A DNA stretch of 64,000 bases, taken from the NCBI GenBank assembly GCA_046537845.1, contig JBKHKA010000006.1, forward strand, positions 1,486 through 65,485. Reading direction: 5' to 3'. A program made the position numbers and the translations under genes. This stretch comes from Candidatus Aenigmatarchaeota archaeon. Lineage in GTDB: Archaea > Thermoplasmatota > Thermoplasmata > Halarchaeoplasmatales > Halarchaeoplasmataceae. Positions 35,507 to 46,800 of the stretch are shown here, in pieces. The notes beneath the pieces were generated by a model. The model was not told the origin of the DNA. It searched no databases and worked only from the letters and a program-made list of their open reading frames with translations. Each line of letters begins with the position of its first letter. Within the stretch, counting starts at the first letter, position 1.

Positions 35507-37318
35507 ATGTCTGATCAATCTACGAGTGCAGATGGAGTAGAATGGGACCTTACCGATCTCTACGAAAGCCATGAAGATCCAGAGTTAGAAGAAGGGATGG
35601 AAGAACTGATCCAAAAAGCAGAGAGGTTTAGAAAGAAGTACAAAGGGAAGATAGAGGAAGAAGAGTTAGAACCCGACGAGTTGAGAGTCGTCATAGAAGA
35701 ATACGAAGAGATCTACGAACTCCTAGGGAAGATAAAGTCGTTCGCCTCTCTCTATCACGCCATGGATACCCAGGATCCCGACAGGGGTGCCCTTCTCCAA
35801 AGGGCCGAAGAGATAGGCACTGAAACCAAGAACAGGGTCATATTCTTGGAATTGGAATGGCAGAGTCTGCCCGATGAGACCGCCGAAAGATACCTAGAGT
35901 CCGAAGAATTAGAACATTACGAGAGTTATTTGAGACACTGGCGCAGATATACCCCCTACATGCTCTCAGAAAGCGAGGAACAGATAATCGAATCAATGCA
36001 GACCACTGGCAAGGAGGCCTTCAAGAGACTTTTCGACCAGACTGTGGGGAAGATCAAAGTAGAATTCGAACATGAGGGCGAAACCCATGAGATGGTCTTG
36101 GACCAGGCTCTTTCAGTCCTTTATGAGGAAGATAGAGAGAAAAGAAAAGCTGCCGCAGATGCGGTCACCGAAGCGCTAAAAGACGACAACAAACTCCTCA
36201 ACTTCATATTCAACAACATAGTCCAGAACCATACTACCGTCTGCAACATCAGAGATTATCCCGACCCCATGACCCCAAGGAACCTAGACAACCGTGTAGA
36301 TAGGGAAACCGTAGATGCTCTCATGGAAGCAGTGGAGGAAAATACTGATCTTGTAAAAAAATTCTATGAGTTGAAGAAAGAGATCGTTGAGCAGGGCGAA
36401 CTTTATGATTACGATAGGTACAGTCCTCTCCCAGGCAGCGTCCCGGAAACGGATTTTGAAGAAAGCAAAGAAAAGGTCTTGAAGGCCTATGAAGAGTTCT
36501 CTCCTGAGATGAAGAATATCGCGGAAAAATTCTTCAAAAACGACTGGATAGATGCAGAGTTGAAAGAAGGTAAAAGAGGCGGTGCATTCAGCGCAGGTAC
36601 GGTACCTTCGGTACATCCTTACATACTCCTTAATTTTACTGACAAGCCCAGAGATACGATGACCATGGCCCACGAACTCGGCCACGGCATACACCAATAC
36701 CTAGCTAGGGACCAGGGTGCGCTTCAACAGAGCACACCTTTGACCACTGCGGAGATGGCGAGCGTTTTCGGCGAAACCATCCTTTTCGAGGACCTTCTAG
36801 ATGACGTGGAAGACCCAGAGACCGAATTAAGGCTGATAGGCGACAAACTGCAGAAAGACTTCGCCACGGTCTTCAGACAGGTCATAATGACTAGATTCGA
36901 GCAGGAATTGCACCAGGCGAGGAGAGAAAAGGGCGAACTGAAAAGCGGGCAGATAAACGAACTGTGGATAGAGGCTAACGAAAAAGAGTTCCTCGATAGT
37001 GTAAAATTGAGAGATGAATACGGCTGGTGGTGGAGTTATGTTCTCCATTTTGTCCATTATCCATTCTACTGCTATGCATACGCCTTCGGAGAACTGCTCG
37101 TCCTGGCACTTTACGACATGTACAAAGAAAAAGGCGAAGAGTTCGTACCTCAGTATCTCGACTTGTTGAAGGCCGGCGGTTCCGAAGATCCAAAGGACTT
37201 ATTGGCCAATATTGGAGTGGATATAACGGATCCTGATTTCTGGCAGAGAGGTCTCTCCGTGATCAGAGAATCCGTCGATCGTATGGAAAAACTAGCCGAG
37301 GAGACTGGCAAAATCTAA
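35507..37318 (+). CDS. pepF: oligoendopeptidase F (M3B metallopeptidase)
   Basis: About 600 aa with the zinc motif TMAHELGHGIH and a downstream E ligand region, as in PepF. The ATG at 35507 is preferred. The track GTG at 35498 is an alternative. Confidence 0.88.
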   Translation: MSDQSTSADGVEWDLTDLYESHEDPELEEGMEELIQKAERFRKKYKGKIEEEELEPDELRVVIEEYEEIYELLGKIKSFASLYHAMDTQDPDRGALLQRAEEIGTETKNRVIFLELEWQSLPDETAERYLESEELEHYESYLRHWRRYTPYMLSESEEQIIESMQTTGKEAFKRLFDQTVGKIKVEFEHEGETHEMVLDQALSVLYEEDREKRKAAADAVTEALKDDNKLLNFIFNNIVQNHTTVCNIRDYPDPMTPRNLDNRVDRETVDALMEAVEENTDLVKKFYELKKEIVEQGELYDYDRYSPLPGSVPETDFEESKEKVLKAYEEFSPEMKNIAEKFFKNDWIDAELKEGKRGGAFSAGTVPSVHPYILLNFTDKPRDTMTMAHELGHGIHQYLARDQGALQQSTPLTTAEMASVFGETILFEDLLDDVEDPETELRLIGDKLQKDFATVFRQVIMTRFEQELHQARREKGELKSGQINELWIEANEKEFLDSVKLRDEYGWWWSYVLHFVHYPFYCYAYAFGELLVLALYDMYKEKGEEFVPQYLDLLKAGGSEDPKDLLANIGVDITDPDFWQRGLSVIRESVDRMEKLAEETGKI

Positions 37319-37389
37319 ACCCTCTTCCGATCTTTCCTTTTTTGAACGTAATATTTTTAATCCAGAAGCTGTTATAAGTGGGCGATAGA

Positions 37390-37776
37390 ATGGAATGGGA
37401 ACAAGAAGAAGTCCGAAACCTTAAGGAAAATCACTACGTGATAATAGACGACGAACCCTGTAAGATCAAAAGCATAGATACCTCTAAACCCGGAAAGCAT
37501 GGAGAGGCAAAGGCTCGTATAGAAGGCGTTGGTATCTTCGATGGAAAGAAACACAGCATGTTGAATCCAGTGAGTGCCAAAGTAAGGACTCCCATAATAG
37601 ACAGGAGAAAGGGACAGATAGTCAACAAAAGTGGAGGCGAGCTCAACATCATGGACATGGATTCTTATGACACTTTCCAGCTGAACGTAGACGAAAAAAC
37701 GTTCGAAGAACTGGAACAAGGTCAGGAGATCAGATATCTGGAGACTATGGGAAGAAGAAAGATAACCAGAAAATAG
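37390..37776 (+). CDS. eif5a: translation initiation factor 5A (aIF5A)
   Basis: LKENHYVIIDDEPCKIKSIDTSKPGKHGEAKARIEGVGIFDGKK contains the hypusine-loop KPGKHG. The ATG at 37390 is preferred. A GTG at 37378 is an alternative. Confidence 0.92.
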   Translation: MEWEQEEVRNLKENHYVIIDDEPCKIKSIDTSKPGKHGEAKARIEGVGIFDGKKHSMLNPVSAKVRTPIIDRRKGQIVNKSGGELNIMDMDSYDTFQLNVDEKTFEELEQGQEIRYLETMGRRKITRK

Positions 37777-37808
37777 GACACTACGAGTCCAAAGTTTTTC
37801 CTTTATAC

Positions 37809-38696
37809 ATGACCCATGAGACAGCTTTTGCTGGAGCAATTTCTGATTTCAAAGATGCAGATTATTCCATAGTGGGGGTCCCTTATGACGGGACTTCTTC
37901 TTTCCGTTTAGGGAGTAAAAAAGGCCCTGATAGGATCAGAGAGGCTTCGTACTGCTTCGAGCCGTATCTTTTTGAATATGACATATGTTTGAGGGACGTA
38001 GCTCTCCATGATCATGGAGATATCTCTAGAGTAGACGATCACTTTAGATTGAAAGATTCACTGAAAGATACGATAAGAAAGATCGTCAGTAGAAAAAAAT
38101 TTCCTATCGTGTTGGGTGGAGAGCATTCTATTTCACCCATTGTGGTATCAGCTTTAAAAGAGGAACATGAAGACCTCAATGTTTTGATCCTAGATGCTCA
38201 TCTGGATTTCAGGGATGAATATGAAGGGATGAAACACAGCCATGCCACGACATCTCGAAGGATATCGGAGATCGTCGGTCTGAATAATACATTTGTTTAT
38301 GGGGTGAGGTCTAAAGCTGAAAATTATGCATCTGAAGATACACCTAAATTCTTCACCTGTGAAGAGATCCACGGTGCTCAGGATGGTGCGGGTGAAGAGG
38401 ATAGGCGTCCAATAGAACGGGTCTTAGCCGATATAGACGAGCCGGTCTATCTCTCCATGGATATGGATGTGGTGGATCCCTCTTTCGCTCCCGGAGTGGG
38501 TAATCCTGAACCCTTCGGACTGAACCCATCAAAGATAAAAAAATTGATCTCTAAGATATCGCCCTCCTTTGTAGGAGTAGATATAGTAGAAGTGTGTCCT
38601 AAACATGATACTTCGGATACAACGTCCAACCTCGCTGCTAGATTCGTTTATGAGGTGATCGGTGCCAGAGAAGCAAGGAAGGCTACGGAAGAATAG
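37809..38696 (+). CDS. speB: agmatinase (arginase family)
   Basis: Ureohydrolase metal motifs are present: GGEHSIS, LDAHLDFRD, SMDMDVVDPSFAPGVGNPEPFG. Confidence 0.9.
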   Translation: MTHETAFAGAISDFKDADYSIVGVPYDGTSSFRLGSKKGPDRIREASYCFEPYLFEYDICLRDVALHDHGDISRVDDHFRLKDSLKDTIRKIVSRKKFPIVLGGEHSISPIVVSALKEEHEDLNVLILDAHLDFRDEYEGMKHSHATTSRRISEIVGLNNTFVYGVRSKAENYASEDTPKFFTCEEIHGAQDGAGEEDRRPIERVLADIDEPVYLSMDMDVVDPSFAPGVGNPEPFGLNPSKIKKLISKISPSFVGVDIVEVCPKHDTSDTTSNLAARFVYEVIGAREARKATEE

Positions 38697-38782
38697 TCAG
38701 TCAGGTTAGGTAGAACCCTACAACTCATGCATGGGAAAGAAAAATCTTAAAGTGGTTTCCTAGTTCGCCAGTTCGAGTCCTT

Positions 38783-39877
38783 TCAACTTACTTCTTTTAT
38801 CCCTTCTTTTTTCACGTTTTCGGGAGCGCTTAATATCTGTTTAGATTTAACCCCAGTAGCGACCAACATCACTTTGAGCTTCTCCTCGAGCGTTGGATCG
38901 ACACTGCAGCCCCATATTATGTTGGCACCTTCACCGGCCTTTTTCTCCACTTCTTCAGCTACGAGTTCGGCCTCATGTACGCTCATATCTTCTGGTCCCG
39001 TCACATTGATCAGTACTCCAGAAGCGCCAGCTATCTCTACATCTAAAAGTGGTGAATTTATCGCGGCCTCGATAGCCTCTATCGCTCTTTTATCTCCTCC
39101 AGCATCCGATTCACCCATGCCTATCATAGCTTGTCCGGCTCCTTCCATTATCGTCTTTAGATCGTTATAATCGAGATTGACAAGACCGGGTTTCGTGATT
39201 ATCTCCGTCATACCTTTGATGGCTCTCATCAGTACCTCATCTGCTACTTTGAACGCCTCTTTTAGAGGCAATCTCGGAACCAGTTCTAGAAGTTTATCGT
39301 TCGGTATCAGGATCACAGTGTCGGCAACGTTTCGTATCCTTTTCATACCCCATTGAGCGTTTTTCATCCTGGATTGACCTTCGGCCGTGAAGGGCTGAGT
39401 CAGCACCGCTATCGTGAGGGCACCAGCGTCTTTTGCGACCCTTGCCACTGTTTCTATAGAACCAGTACCTGTCCCGCCGCCGAGTCCGCAGGTCAGGAAA
39501 ACGATGTCGGAATCGGTCAAGATATCTTCGAATTTGTCTTTCGCTTCCTGCGCTGCTTTCTCCCCAACTTCGGGTTTAGCACCCGCTCCAAGGCCCTTCG
39601 TCAAGTTTCTACCCATCAGGACCTTCCTGTTAGCTCGGATGCTCAAAAGATCCTGTGCGTCGGTGTTACCAGCTATGAGTTGAGCCCCGTGTATACCTTC
39701 TTCTGATACCCTATCTATGGTGTTACAGCCGGCACCCCCTAGACCTACGATCTGGATGTTGGTCCGGAGGGACTTTAGAACATCCCTGAGTTCCTCGTCC
39801 GTCTCCGTGTCTTGATACCCCTTTTGGCTTGTATCTTTATCTTTTTCGGAAAGAGCTTCATCTACCAATGATTCCAT
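38783..39877 (-). CDS. ftsZ: cell division GTPase FtsZ
   Basis: [13 protein letters not shown], the tubulin signature [10 protein letters not shown] and [11 protein letters not shown]. There is an acidic N-terminal extension. Confidence 0.95.
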   Translation of the reverse strand: MESLVDEALSEKDKDTSQKGYQDTETDEELRDVLKSLRTNIQIVGLGGAGCNTIDRVSEEGIHGAQLIAGNTDAQDLLSIRANRKVLMGRNLTKGLGAGAKPEVGEKAAQEAKDKFEDILTDSDIVFLTCGLGGGTGTGSIETVARVAKDAGALTIAVLTQPFTAEGQSRMKNAQWGMKRIRNVADTVILIPNDKLLELVPRLPLKEAFKVADEVLMRAIKGMTEIITKPGLVNLDYNDLKTIMEGAGQAMIGMGESDAGGDKRAIEAIEAAINSPLLDVEIAGASGVLINVTGPEDMSVHEAELVAEEVEKKAGEGANIIWGCSVDPTLEEKLKVMLVATGVKSKQILSAPENVKKEGIKEVS

Positions 39878-40015
39878 AGTTCATCTCCTCATATGACTTC
39901 TCATCTGCTTCATAATTAACAAACTCTTATTAATATTTATGGATAGAATAGATTTTTATATTCGAAGAAGAACCAATTTTATATAGGTATTTTGCCTTTA
40001 GAAGCGAACGATAGG

Positions 40016-41389
40016 ATGGAAAAAGATTTAACGGTCATCGGGAGCGGGCCCGGAGGATATGTAGCAGCGGTATTGGGAGCGAAAAAAGGGTTAGATGTCC
40101 AGGTAGTAGAGAAAGAAACCATAGGAGGAGTCTGTACCAATAAAGGTTGTATACCTTCAAAAGCGCTCCTCTCAGTGGCGGAGAAGATCGATACCATCAA
40201 CGGAGCTAGAAGAGACGGACTCAACGCCTCACTTGACGGTATCGATTTCAGAAAGGTCATGACAAAGAAAGACAGGGCGGTAAAGATATCTAGAAAGGCT
40301 ATAAGAAGCCTTTTCGACAAACACGGGATAGAACTCATAGAGGGAACGGCAGAAGTGATCAGTCCAGAAAAAGTAAAAGTCAAAAAAGATGATGGAAGCA
40401 CAGAGACTTTACTATCTGATCACACCATAATAGCTACAGGTTCCGAACCGATATCCCTCCCAGGTCTAGAGGTAGATGAAGAGGATATACTATCCAGCAG
40501 AGGGGCTCTGAACTTGACAGAGATACCCGGATCGATGTTGATAGTCGGTGGAGGATACATCGGGATAGAGATGGCTTACATCTTTTCTTCACTCGGAACC
40601 GATATCACCATAGTAGAATTGGAGGACAGAGTATTGCCCACCATGGATAAAGACTTGAGCAGCGTGGCAACACAGATGATGAAAAGAAAAAGGATAGAGG
40701 TTTACACCGAGTCTAAAGTTGCAGGGGTGGATAAAGATGGAGAACTAAATGTCAAGATAGAGGGAACTACCGAAAAAGAGATGAAGGTGGAAAAGGTTCT
40801 TAGCTCTGTGGGTAGAAGACCGACTCCCCCTGAAGTAGAGCTTGATATAATAGGAGATAGGGGGGAGATCGAAGTGGACGATCACATGAAAACGGCAGTA
40901 GATAACCTATATGCTGTAGGCGATGTCACCGCCGAGTCCATGTTAGCCCATTCGGCCTTCAAGCAAGCCGAGATAGCTGTAAACCATATCTTAGGGGAAA
41001 ATGTGAGAGGGTTTTCCGAGTATTTTATCCCTGCTGGGATCTACACCCATCCCGAGATGGCTAGTGTGGGATTGACAGAAAAAGAAGCGAATGAGAGACT
41101 CAGTGACGTCAATGTCGGCAAATTTTCTATATCCAGAACAGGCAGGGGATCGTCAACTGGAGAAAGAGCTGGACTCGCAAAGATCATCGCCGGCCCCGAC
41201 AATAAACTCGTGGGTTTACACCTCGCCTGTCCCGGAGCAACTGATATAATCATGGAGGGCACTGCAGCCCTTGAAAAAGATATGGATGCAGAAGAATTTG
41301 CAGAGATGGTACATCCTCATCCAACATATTCAGAAGCTCTAAAAGAGGCGGCGGAGAACGTCTTCGGAGAAAGTGTACATTCGGGCTGA
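40016..41389 (+). CDS. lpdA: dihydrolipoyl dehydrogenase
   Basis: VIGSGPGGYVAAVLGAKKG (FAD), the redox disulfide GGVCTNKGCIPSKALL, an NAD fold GGGYIGIEMA and the C-terminal HPHPTYSE. The ATG at 40016 is preferred. The track TTG at 39992 lies in the promoter. Confidence 0.9.
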   Translation: MEKDLTVIGSGPGGYVAAVLGAKKGLDVQVVEKETIGGVCTNKGCIPSKALLSVAEKIDTINGARRDGLNASLDGIDFRKVMTKKDRAVKISRKAIRSLFDKHGIELIEGTAEVISPEKVKVKKDDGSTETLLSDHTIIATGSEPISLPGLEVDEEDILSSRGALNLTEIPGSMLIVGGGYIGIEMAYIFSSLGTDITIVELEDRVLPTMDKDLSSVATQMMKRKRIEVYTESKVAGVDKDGELNVKIEGTTEKEMKVEKVLSSVGRRPTPPEVELDIIGDRGEIEVDDHMKTAVDNLYAVGDVTAESMLAHSAFKQAEIAVNHILGENVRGFSEYFIPAGIYTHPEMASVGLTEKEANERLSDVNVGKFSISRTGRGSSTGERAGLAKIIAGPDNKLVGLHLACPGATDIIMEGTAALEKDMDAEEFAEMVHPHPTYSEALKEAAENVFGESVHSG

Positions 41390-41479
41390 AGGGTTTATAC
41401 TTTGATCCGAGAGAAAGAAAGATATAAATAGATAAAGAAATATACTAATTTGATCTTGGTAAGTAAGCAGGTGAAGGGC

Positions 41480-41881
41480 ATGGAGAACCACAGCGAGTAT
41501 GGGATGCGGAAGGCGGATGCGTCTGATGAGGGCTTCGAAAGAAGTATAGGTATGTCAGAGACCGAAGGACTCGAAACGGAGATGGTGGACCTTTTTCATA
41601 TCAATCATCTCGATCCAGATTACATCGTTCCCTGGTGCGAGAAAGGACTGAACTATCTCAGAAACGATGAATACAAAAAGGCGATGGAATGCTTCGAAAG
41701 GTCTATTTCAGCACGAAAATGGGACTCTAGATGTCTCTATTGGTATAAGAGAGGGATGTTCCACCGTCAAAGAAAAGAACTAGAAAAGGCCAAACTTTGT
41801 TTTGAAAAGGCCATCAACAGCTTACTCCATTCTTCCAATATGATGTACGATATGAAAAACCACGTTTTCCGCAAAATATAG
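41480..41881 (+). CDS. small TPR-like protein, function unknown
   Basis: It has two TPR-like hairpins (EYKKAMECFERSI and ELEKAKLCFEKAI). The ATG at 41480 is preceded by AGGTGAAGGG. Confidence 0.45.
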   Translation: MENHSEYGMRKADASDEGFERSIGMSETEGLETEMVDLFHINHLDPDYIVPWCEKGLNYLRNDEYKKAMECFERSISARKWDSRCLYWYKRGMFHRQRKELEKAKLCFEKAINSLLHSSNMMYDMKNHVFRKI

Positions 41882-41928
41882 ATTCAAAACAGAAGAGAAG
41901 AAATCTATAAAGGCAGGAACAAAGAGGA

Positions 41929-43698
41929 TCAGTTCTGAATTTCTCTCTTTTTCTTCTCTAATACCCTGAATAACTGGTATATCTCTTTTAGAGCCTGGTC
42001 TAGGTCTCCACCGTTCGCTTTCTCTTTTATCTCTTTCAACTCCTGACTGGAGGCAGAGGTTTCCACGCCCAACTCTCTTATCTCCCTCAATTCTTCCTTC
42101 GCCCCCTCGAGTATAGAAGAAAATAAAAGCACTTTCTGGATAGAGACCAATTCCTTGTTCAAAATCTTTAGACTCTCAACTAATTCTCCCGATTTGCCGA
42201 GTTCCAGAGCCTCCTTCACCTCTCTTTTTATATTTTTCAGGTCTAGACCAGTTTCTCTTGCGATCCGCATGTTTTCCCGTATCTTCATCAATCTCTCTTT
42301 GAAATCACTCTCTAATTTTTTTTCCTCCTCCGATGTTGGTATGTTTTTGAGAATTTTTGCTATCTCTAGCGCCCTAGAGTACTCTCCTTCTCTGCACTTT
42401 TCCTCTATCCTCTTCAACTCGCTTTTGAATTCCTCCGCTGCCCCATCTGTTGAAACTTTCCTTCTCGTAGATCCTAAATCAGACAGATGGTCCTCAAGGT
42501 CCTGGAGGTCCTCTACATCCAAAACCAATTCGAGAGATATTTCCAGCGCTTTGTCATATTCGCCTCGTTCCTCATGGCTTGAAAGAATCTTCAATCTTTC
42601 CTCTATGGGAGTCATGTCAATGATCTCATCTTCTATATTTTCTAATACGCCCTTTATGTAAGCCTTATCTTCCTCCAACTCTCCCGGATAACCTTCATGT
42701 CTCTTCCATTTTTTCTCCGGCCCTTCCAATTCTTCATGATGCTCGCGCTCTTCGGTCTTTCTGACTCCTTCAACTTGCTCCGTCTCTTCGACCGGTTCTG
42801 GTCCTTCGATCTCTTCAAATCCTTTCGATCCATCACTCATCTCTACTCCTTCGGACCCTCTCTTTTCTTCGATCCCATCTTCACACTCCCCTTCTACCAG
42901 CTCAACATCGTCGAAAAACTGATCAGCCTTTTTTCCCTCAGAATCCTTCACATCATCTACCTTCAGCCTTTCCTCGCCCGAAGGGAGATCAGTTTTTGTT
43001 ATATCTTCCTCCTCCGGTTCAATCTTGACTTGGGAAGATTTACAGATGGGACATCGATCCATGCCTTCTTTCAAAGGTGTTCCGCATATGGCACACACTC
43101 TTTCTCCCTCATATCCTTCCTTCTCTTTCCCCTCCCGTCCACTCGGCTCTTGATCAGAAAGAGGTTTTCCACATACTGGACATTCGTCCTCCGCGTTCTC
43201 AATAGAGGTCCCGCAGACCGAACAGACCTTTGGCGAGAGTTCCTCGGTCCCTCCTGTCGACTCCCTGATATCAGCTTCTTCCTCCTTATTTTTTTTACCT
43301 CTCTTTGCTCTCTCTTCACATCTGGGACATTCTTCTAGGTCTGCTCCCATCAAAGTTCCACATGTTCCGCATATCTTCAGCCTGCCTTCCTCATCTTTTA
43401 CGTCCTGGATAAAATCATAGATCTTCTCAGCAGTAGTCGAACCAATACCCTGGATAGAGGCGAGTTCTTCCTTCTCCATCCTTTCTAGATCCTTCACCCG
43501 GGACAATCCAGCGATAACCACCTTTTCCGCTCTCGCCATTCCCACGTCCGGTATCCTTTTCAGGTTATCGAGCACCTGTTTCTCTTCCTCGTCAAGATCC
43601 ACCAAGCTGCCGCAGATCTCACACCTATCTACATCAGGTGGATTTTTGCTGCCACAAGCTGGACATTCGAGATGATCTTTTTTCACTTGGTCCACCAA
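41929..43698 (-). CDS. protein with four zinc ribbons, an HhH module, an acidic linker and C-terminal helical-hairpin repeats
   Basis: Four CxxC..CxxC units are present (CPACG..CEICG, CGTCG..CPRCE, CSVCG..CPVCG, CAICG..CPICK). The HhH is IPDVGMARAEKV...IQGIGSTTAEKI. The likely real start is TTG 43698 or GTG 43695, about 30 nt downstream of a TATA (CTTATATATC). The track N-terminus MKFLIFIIFIFF is promoter read-through. Confidence 0.65.
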   Translation of the reverse strand: MVDQVKKDHLECPACGSKNPPDVDRCEICGSLVDLDEEEKQVLDNLKRIPDVGMARAEKVVIAGLSRVKDLERMEKEELASIQGIGSTTAEKIYDFIQDVKDEEGRLKICGTCGTLMGADLEECPRCEERAKRGKKNKEEEADIRESTGGTEELSPKVCSVCGTSIENAEDECPVCGKPLSDQEPSGREGKEKEGYEGERVCAICGTPLKEGMDRCPICKSSQVKIEPEEEDITKTDLPSGEERLKVDDVKDSEGKKADQFFDDVELVEGECEDGIEEKRGSEGVEMSDGSKGFEEIEGPEPVEETEQVEGVRKTEEREHHEELEGPEKKWKRHEGYPGELEEDKAYIKGVLENIEDEIIDMTPIEERLKILSSHEERGEYDKALEISLELVLDVEDLQDLEDHLSDLGSTRRKVSTDGAAEEFKSELKRIEEKCREGEYSRALEIAKILKNIPTSEEEKKLESDFKERLMKIRENMRIARETGLDLKNIKREVKEALELGKSGELVESLKILNKELVSIQKVLLFSSILEGAKEELREIRELGVETSASSQELKEIKEKANGGDLDQALKEIYQLFRVLEKKKREIQN

Positions 43699-43830
43699 GT
43701 CGGTTGTAATTATAGCTTTAAAAGATATATAAGTTTTGTGAAAAAATATGAAAATTATAAATATTAAGAACTTCATCCCCGTTAAAAGGAAATTAATTTA
43801 ATATAGGAGTGTATTAGGGGATGAGATAAG
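43699..43830. promoter_or_regulatory. AT-rich divergent promoter region shared by the zinc-ribbon/HhH gene and the IleRS-like gene
   Basis: TATA-like elements face both ways: CTTATATATC on the minus strand at 43724-43733 and AATTTAATATAGG on the plus strand at about 43795-43807. Each lies about 25-35 nt from its start codon. This rests on pattern only. Confidence 0.35.
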
Positions 43831-46800
43831 ATGGGAAATATTCCAAATTTCAACCCTCGGGAGATGGAGGAAAAGACTCTGGAGAGATTGGAATCCAACG
43901 ATATCGATGAGAAAGTAAAGGATTCGAGGAAAGGCGGCAGGAACTATTATTCTGTTTACCCTCCTTTATCGATCAAGGACGACCTCAATTGGGATGATCT
44001 GTATAAGATCTTCTTGTATGACGTTTGGAACCGATTCAAAAGCATGGAAACTTTCAATGTCAGGCATGGCCTGGGGTATGATCCTTACAATCTGAGAGTG
44101 GAAAGGTCTGTCTTTGAAGACCAAGAAGATGAAAGGAAACTGTTGAGGGGCGTGGATGATGAAATTTGGGATGAGATAATAGATGAGCTGAATGAAAAAT
44201 CCGATGAGTTCAAAAACGAGATGACGGACCAACTTCGTGACTTTGGACTGTGGAGAAATCTAGAATTCGAATACGATACCAGGACAGAATCTTTTGTGGA
44301 TTCTGTCTGGTGGGCTGTAAAAGAGTTGATAGAAAAGGACCTCCTCATGAAGGAGGAAAAACCGGTCACCTGGTGTCCAAGATGTAAATCACCAGTGGTG
44401 GATACAGAGACACTTCAAAAGGAGCAGACCAAAGAGAAGACTCTGTTGAAAATACCGACATCAGGAGGAAAGGAAAGGTACTTTTTGGTAGAAGTAGAAG
44501 ATCCTTGGATGCTGCCTTCCAGCATGACCCTAGTAGCTGACCCAGAAGAGACCTATGCCGTGGTAAGGTATCTCTCACAGGAAGAGAAAGCCATTCAGCT
44601 CCTCATGAGGGAAGATAAAGTAGAAGAGATGATGGAGAAGGGGGGGGTAGAAGAATATGAAGTCGTCAATACGGTAGAGGGTGAAGATCTGGAAGGGCTG
44701 AGATTCAAGTATCCGCTTTTTGATAAAGTATCCGCTCATACAGACCAGGAAGGGAAATACATCCATAAGATAATGTGCTCAGAAAAGATAGAAGGGGAAG
44801 GAACAGGTCTAGTTTTACTCACCCCCCCACATGACGAAAAACATTGGAAGATAGCCAAAGAGAACGGCTTGAGTATCTACAACCCAGTGGCTAAAAACGG
44901 ACACTATGATTCCGGGGTCAGGGAGAACAAATATTCAGGACTTTCCGCCCCCCAGAGCGATCAGATAATCTTAGATGACCTAGAATCCAAAGATCTGATT
45001 TTCTCGAGGAAAGAGGGAAAAAAAGAAGTCAAATTCTGCGCGGCCTGCCTAAACAAAGTAGTTAAGATACCCCATAGAGAATGGTTCTTCAACGTATCGA
45101 GGAAAGAGGATACCGTCAAAAATATACTTGAAGATGTAGATCTCATCCCTCCTGAAGAAGATATAGACCTGAGAGATTGGATAGTGACCAGGAAGAAGCG
45201 TTGGGGGATATCTTTTCCCCGATGGCGATGTAACTGCGGAAACTCTTTCGTGCCCTCCGATCGATCCGATCTGGCAAATAATTCAGATTATAACGAAGAG
45301 GATCCAACCACTCCTGACATAATCTCTGATGTGAAGATAGAATGTGAAGAGTGCGGAGAGATGATGGAGTGGGAAGGGAAGATATTGAATCCTATCTTCA
45401 TACAGGCCTCTTCACCCTGGGCGCAGCTCGGTTACCCCACTAAAGAAAAAGAATATCAATCGTGGTGGCCTGGCGAGATATTCATAAGTAAAAATGCAAA
45501 AAGAGACGACCTTCTCACCGCAACTGTGACGCTTTCAGGAGCTCTCTTCGAAGAAAACTCTCTTAAAAACATGTTGATGCAGGGTCCTATAGTCAGCGAG
45601 ATCGATTACAAGGACGTTAGAGGTTTAACGGAGAAGCAGGGTTATGATTCTCTGAGATTATACATGCTTTCAGGGGATCCGCCCTGGAAAACCCGGAAGA
45701 TAGAGGGAGAAGATCTTCAGTACACGCATCCTCTAGTGAGAGTTCTGTGGAACTTGAAGAGCTTTTTAAAGGATCATCTGGAAAAACACGAGGCCGAACC
45801 CGGTGAAACCACTCTCGAGTTCCTCAAACAAAACTTGGATTTCGAGGACGAATGGATACTGTCTTGTGTAGAATCAACAAAAAGCAGGGTGAAAGAATCA
45901 TATGAAAGAGCCCGATACGATGAGGCTATAGAGGAGCTTAAGAGTCTGGTGATGGAGGATTTGGCCCAATGGTATTTCAGCCGTGCGAAGGCCAGACTTG
46001 AAGGAAAGGATGACGAAGATGTTATCTCATCTATCTTGAAGGTGCTTTACGAATCCATGATGTCGGCTGCCAAGATGATCGTTCCGATCTCACCCTTCAT
46101 CGCTGAGAATATATACGATGATCTGGACGGGAAAGAAGAATCCGTATTTCTGTGCGATTGGCCCGAGGCAAATCAGCTCTTACAGAATCAGGAATTAGAA
46201 GGAAATATGGAAGAGATCAAAAATATAGTTGGAGATATAAAAGGTATCAAGCGGAAGCACGGGATACCCGAAAAATGGCCTTTGAAACACATCGTATATA
46301 AAGGGAAAAGCAGCGAGTCCATGAACGTCGTCAAAAGGTTCGGAGAGATGATCAAAGAGAAAGCGAAAGTCGAAAACATAGAAACCGTGGAACCGGATGA
46401 AGAATGGGATGAAAAGATACTAGAGGTATATCCAAATAAGGAGGCCATCGGAAAGGCATACCAGCAGTGGAAAAGCAGGATCGCCACCATGCTCAACCAA
46501 AGGAAACCTGAAGAGATAAAAGAAGGCGTCGAAAGGGGTGATTTCACCATAGGTATCCAAGGACAGATAATCGAGATAAAGCCGGAGATGGTCACTTTCG
46601 AAGCAAAGCTCCCAGAAGGTTTTGAGGAGATCACTCGAGAGGAACAGGAGATCTACGTGGACCTCGGTATATATGCTGACATCTGGGATGAGATGATGGC
46701 GAAAGAAACAATCCTAAGATTGAAGAGCATGCGGGAAGATTTTGATCTGGAGGAGCAGGATGAAATTGAAGCCTATATAGAAGCCTCTGAAGAAGTGGCT

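Noticed and set aside
38770-38780. AGTTCGAGTCC, resembling a tRNA T-loop, in the speB-ftsZ intergenic region. It could be a tRNA fragment or att-site remnant.
   Set aside because: The flanking bases do not form a T stem, and no acceptor or anticodon arm can be drawn.
43699-43776. N-terminal MKFLIFIIFIFFHKTYISFKAIITTD of the zinc-ribbon/HhH ORF.
   Set aside because: It is a translation of the AT-rich promoter region containing a TATA-like element. In-frame TTG and GTG codons sit at leaderless distance downstream.
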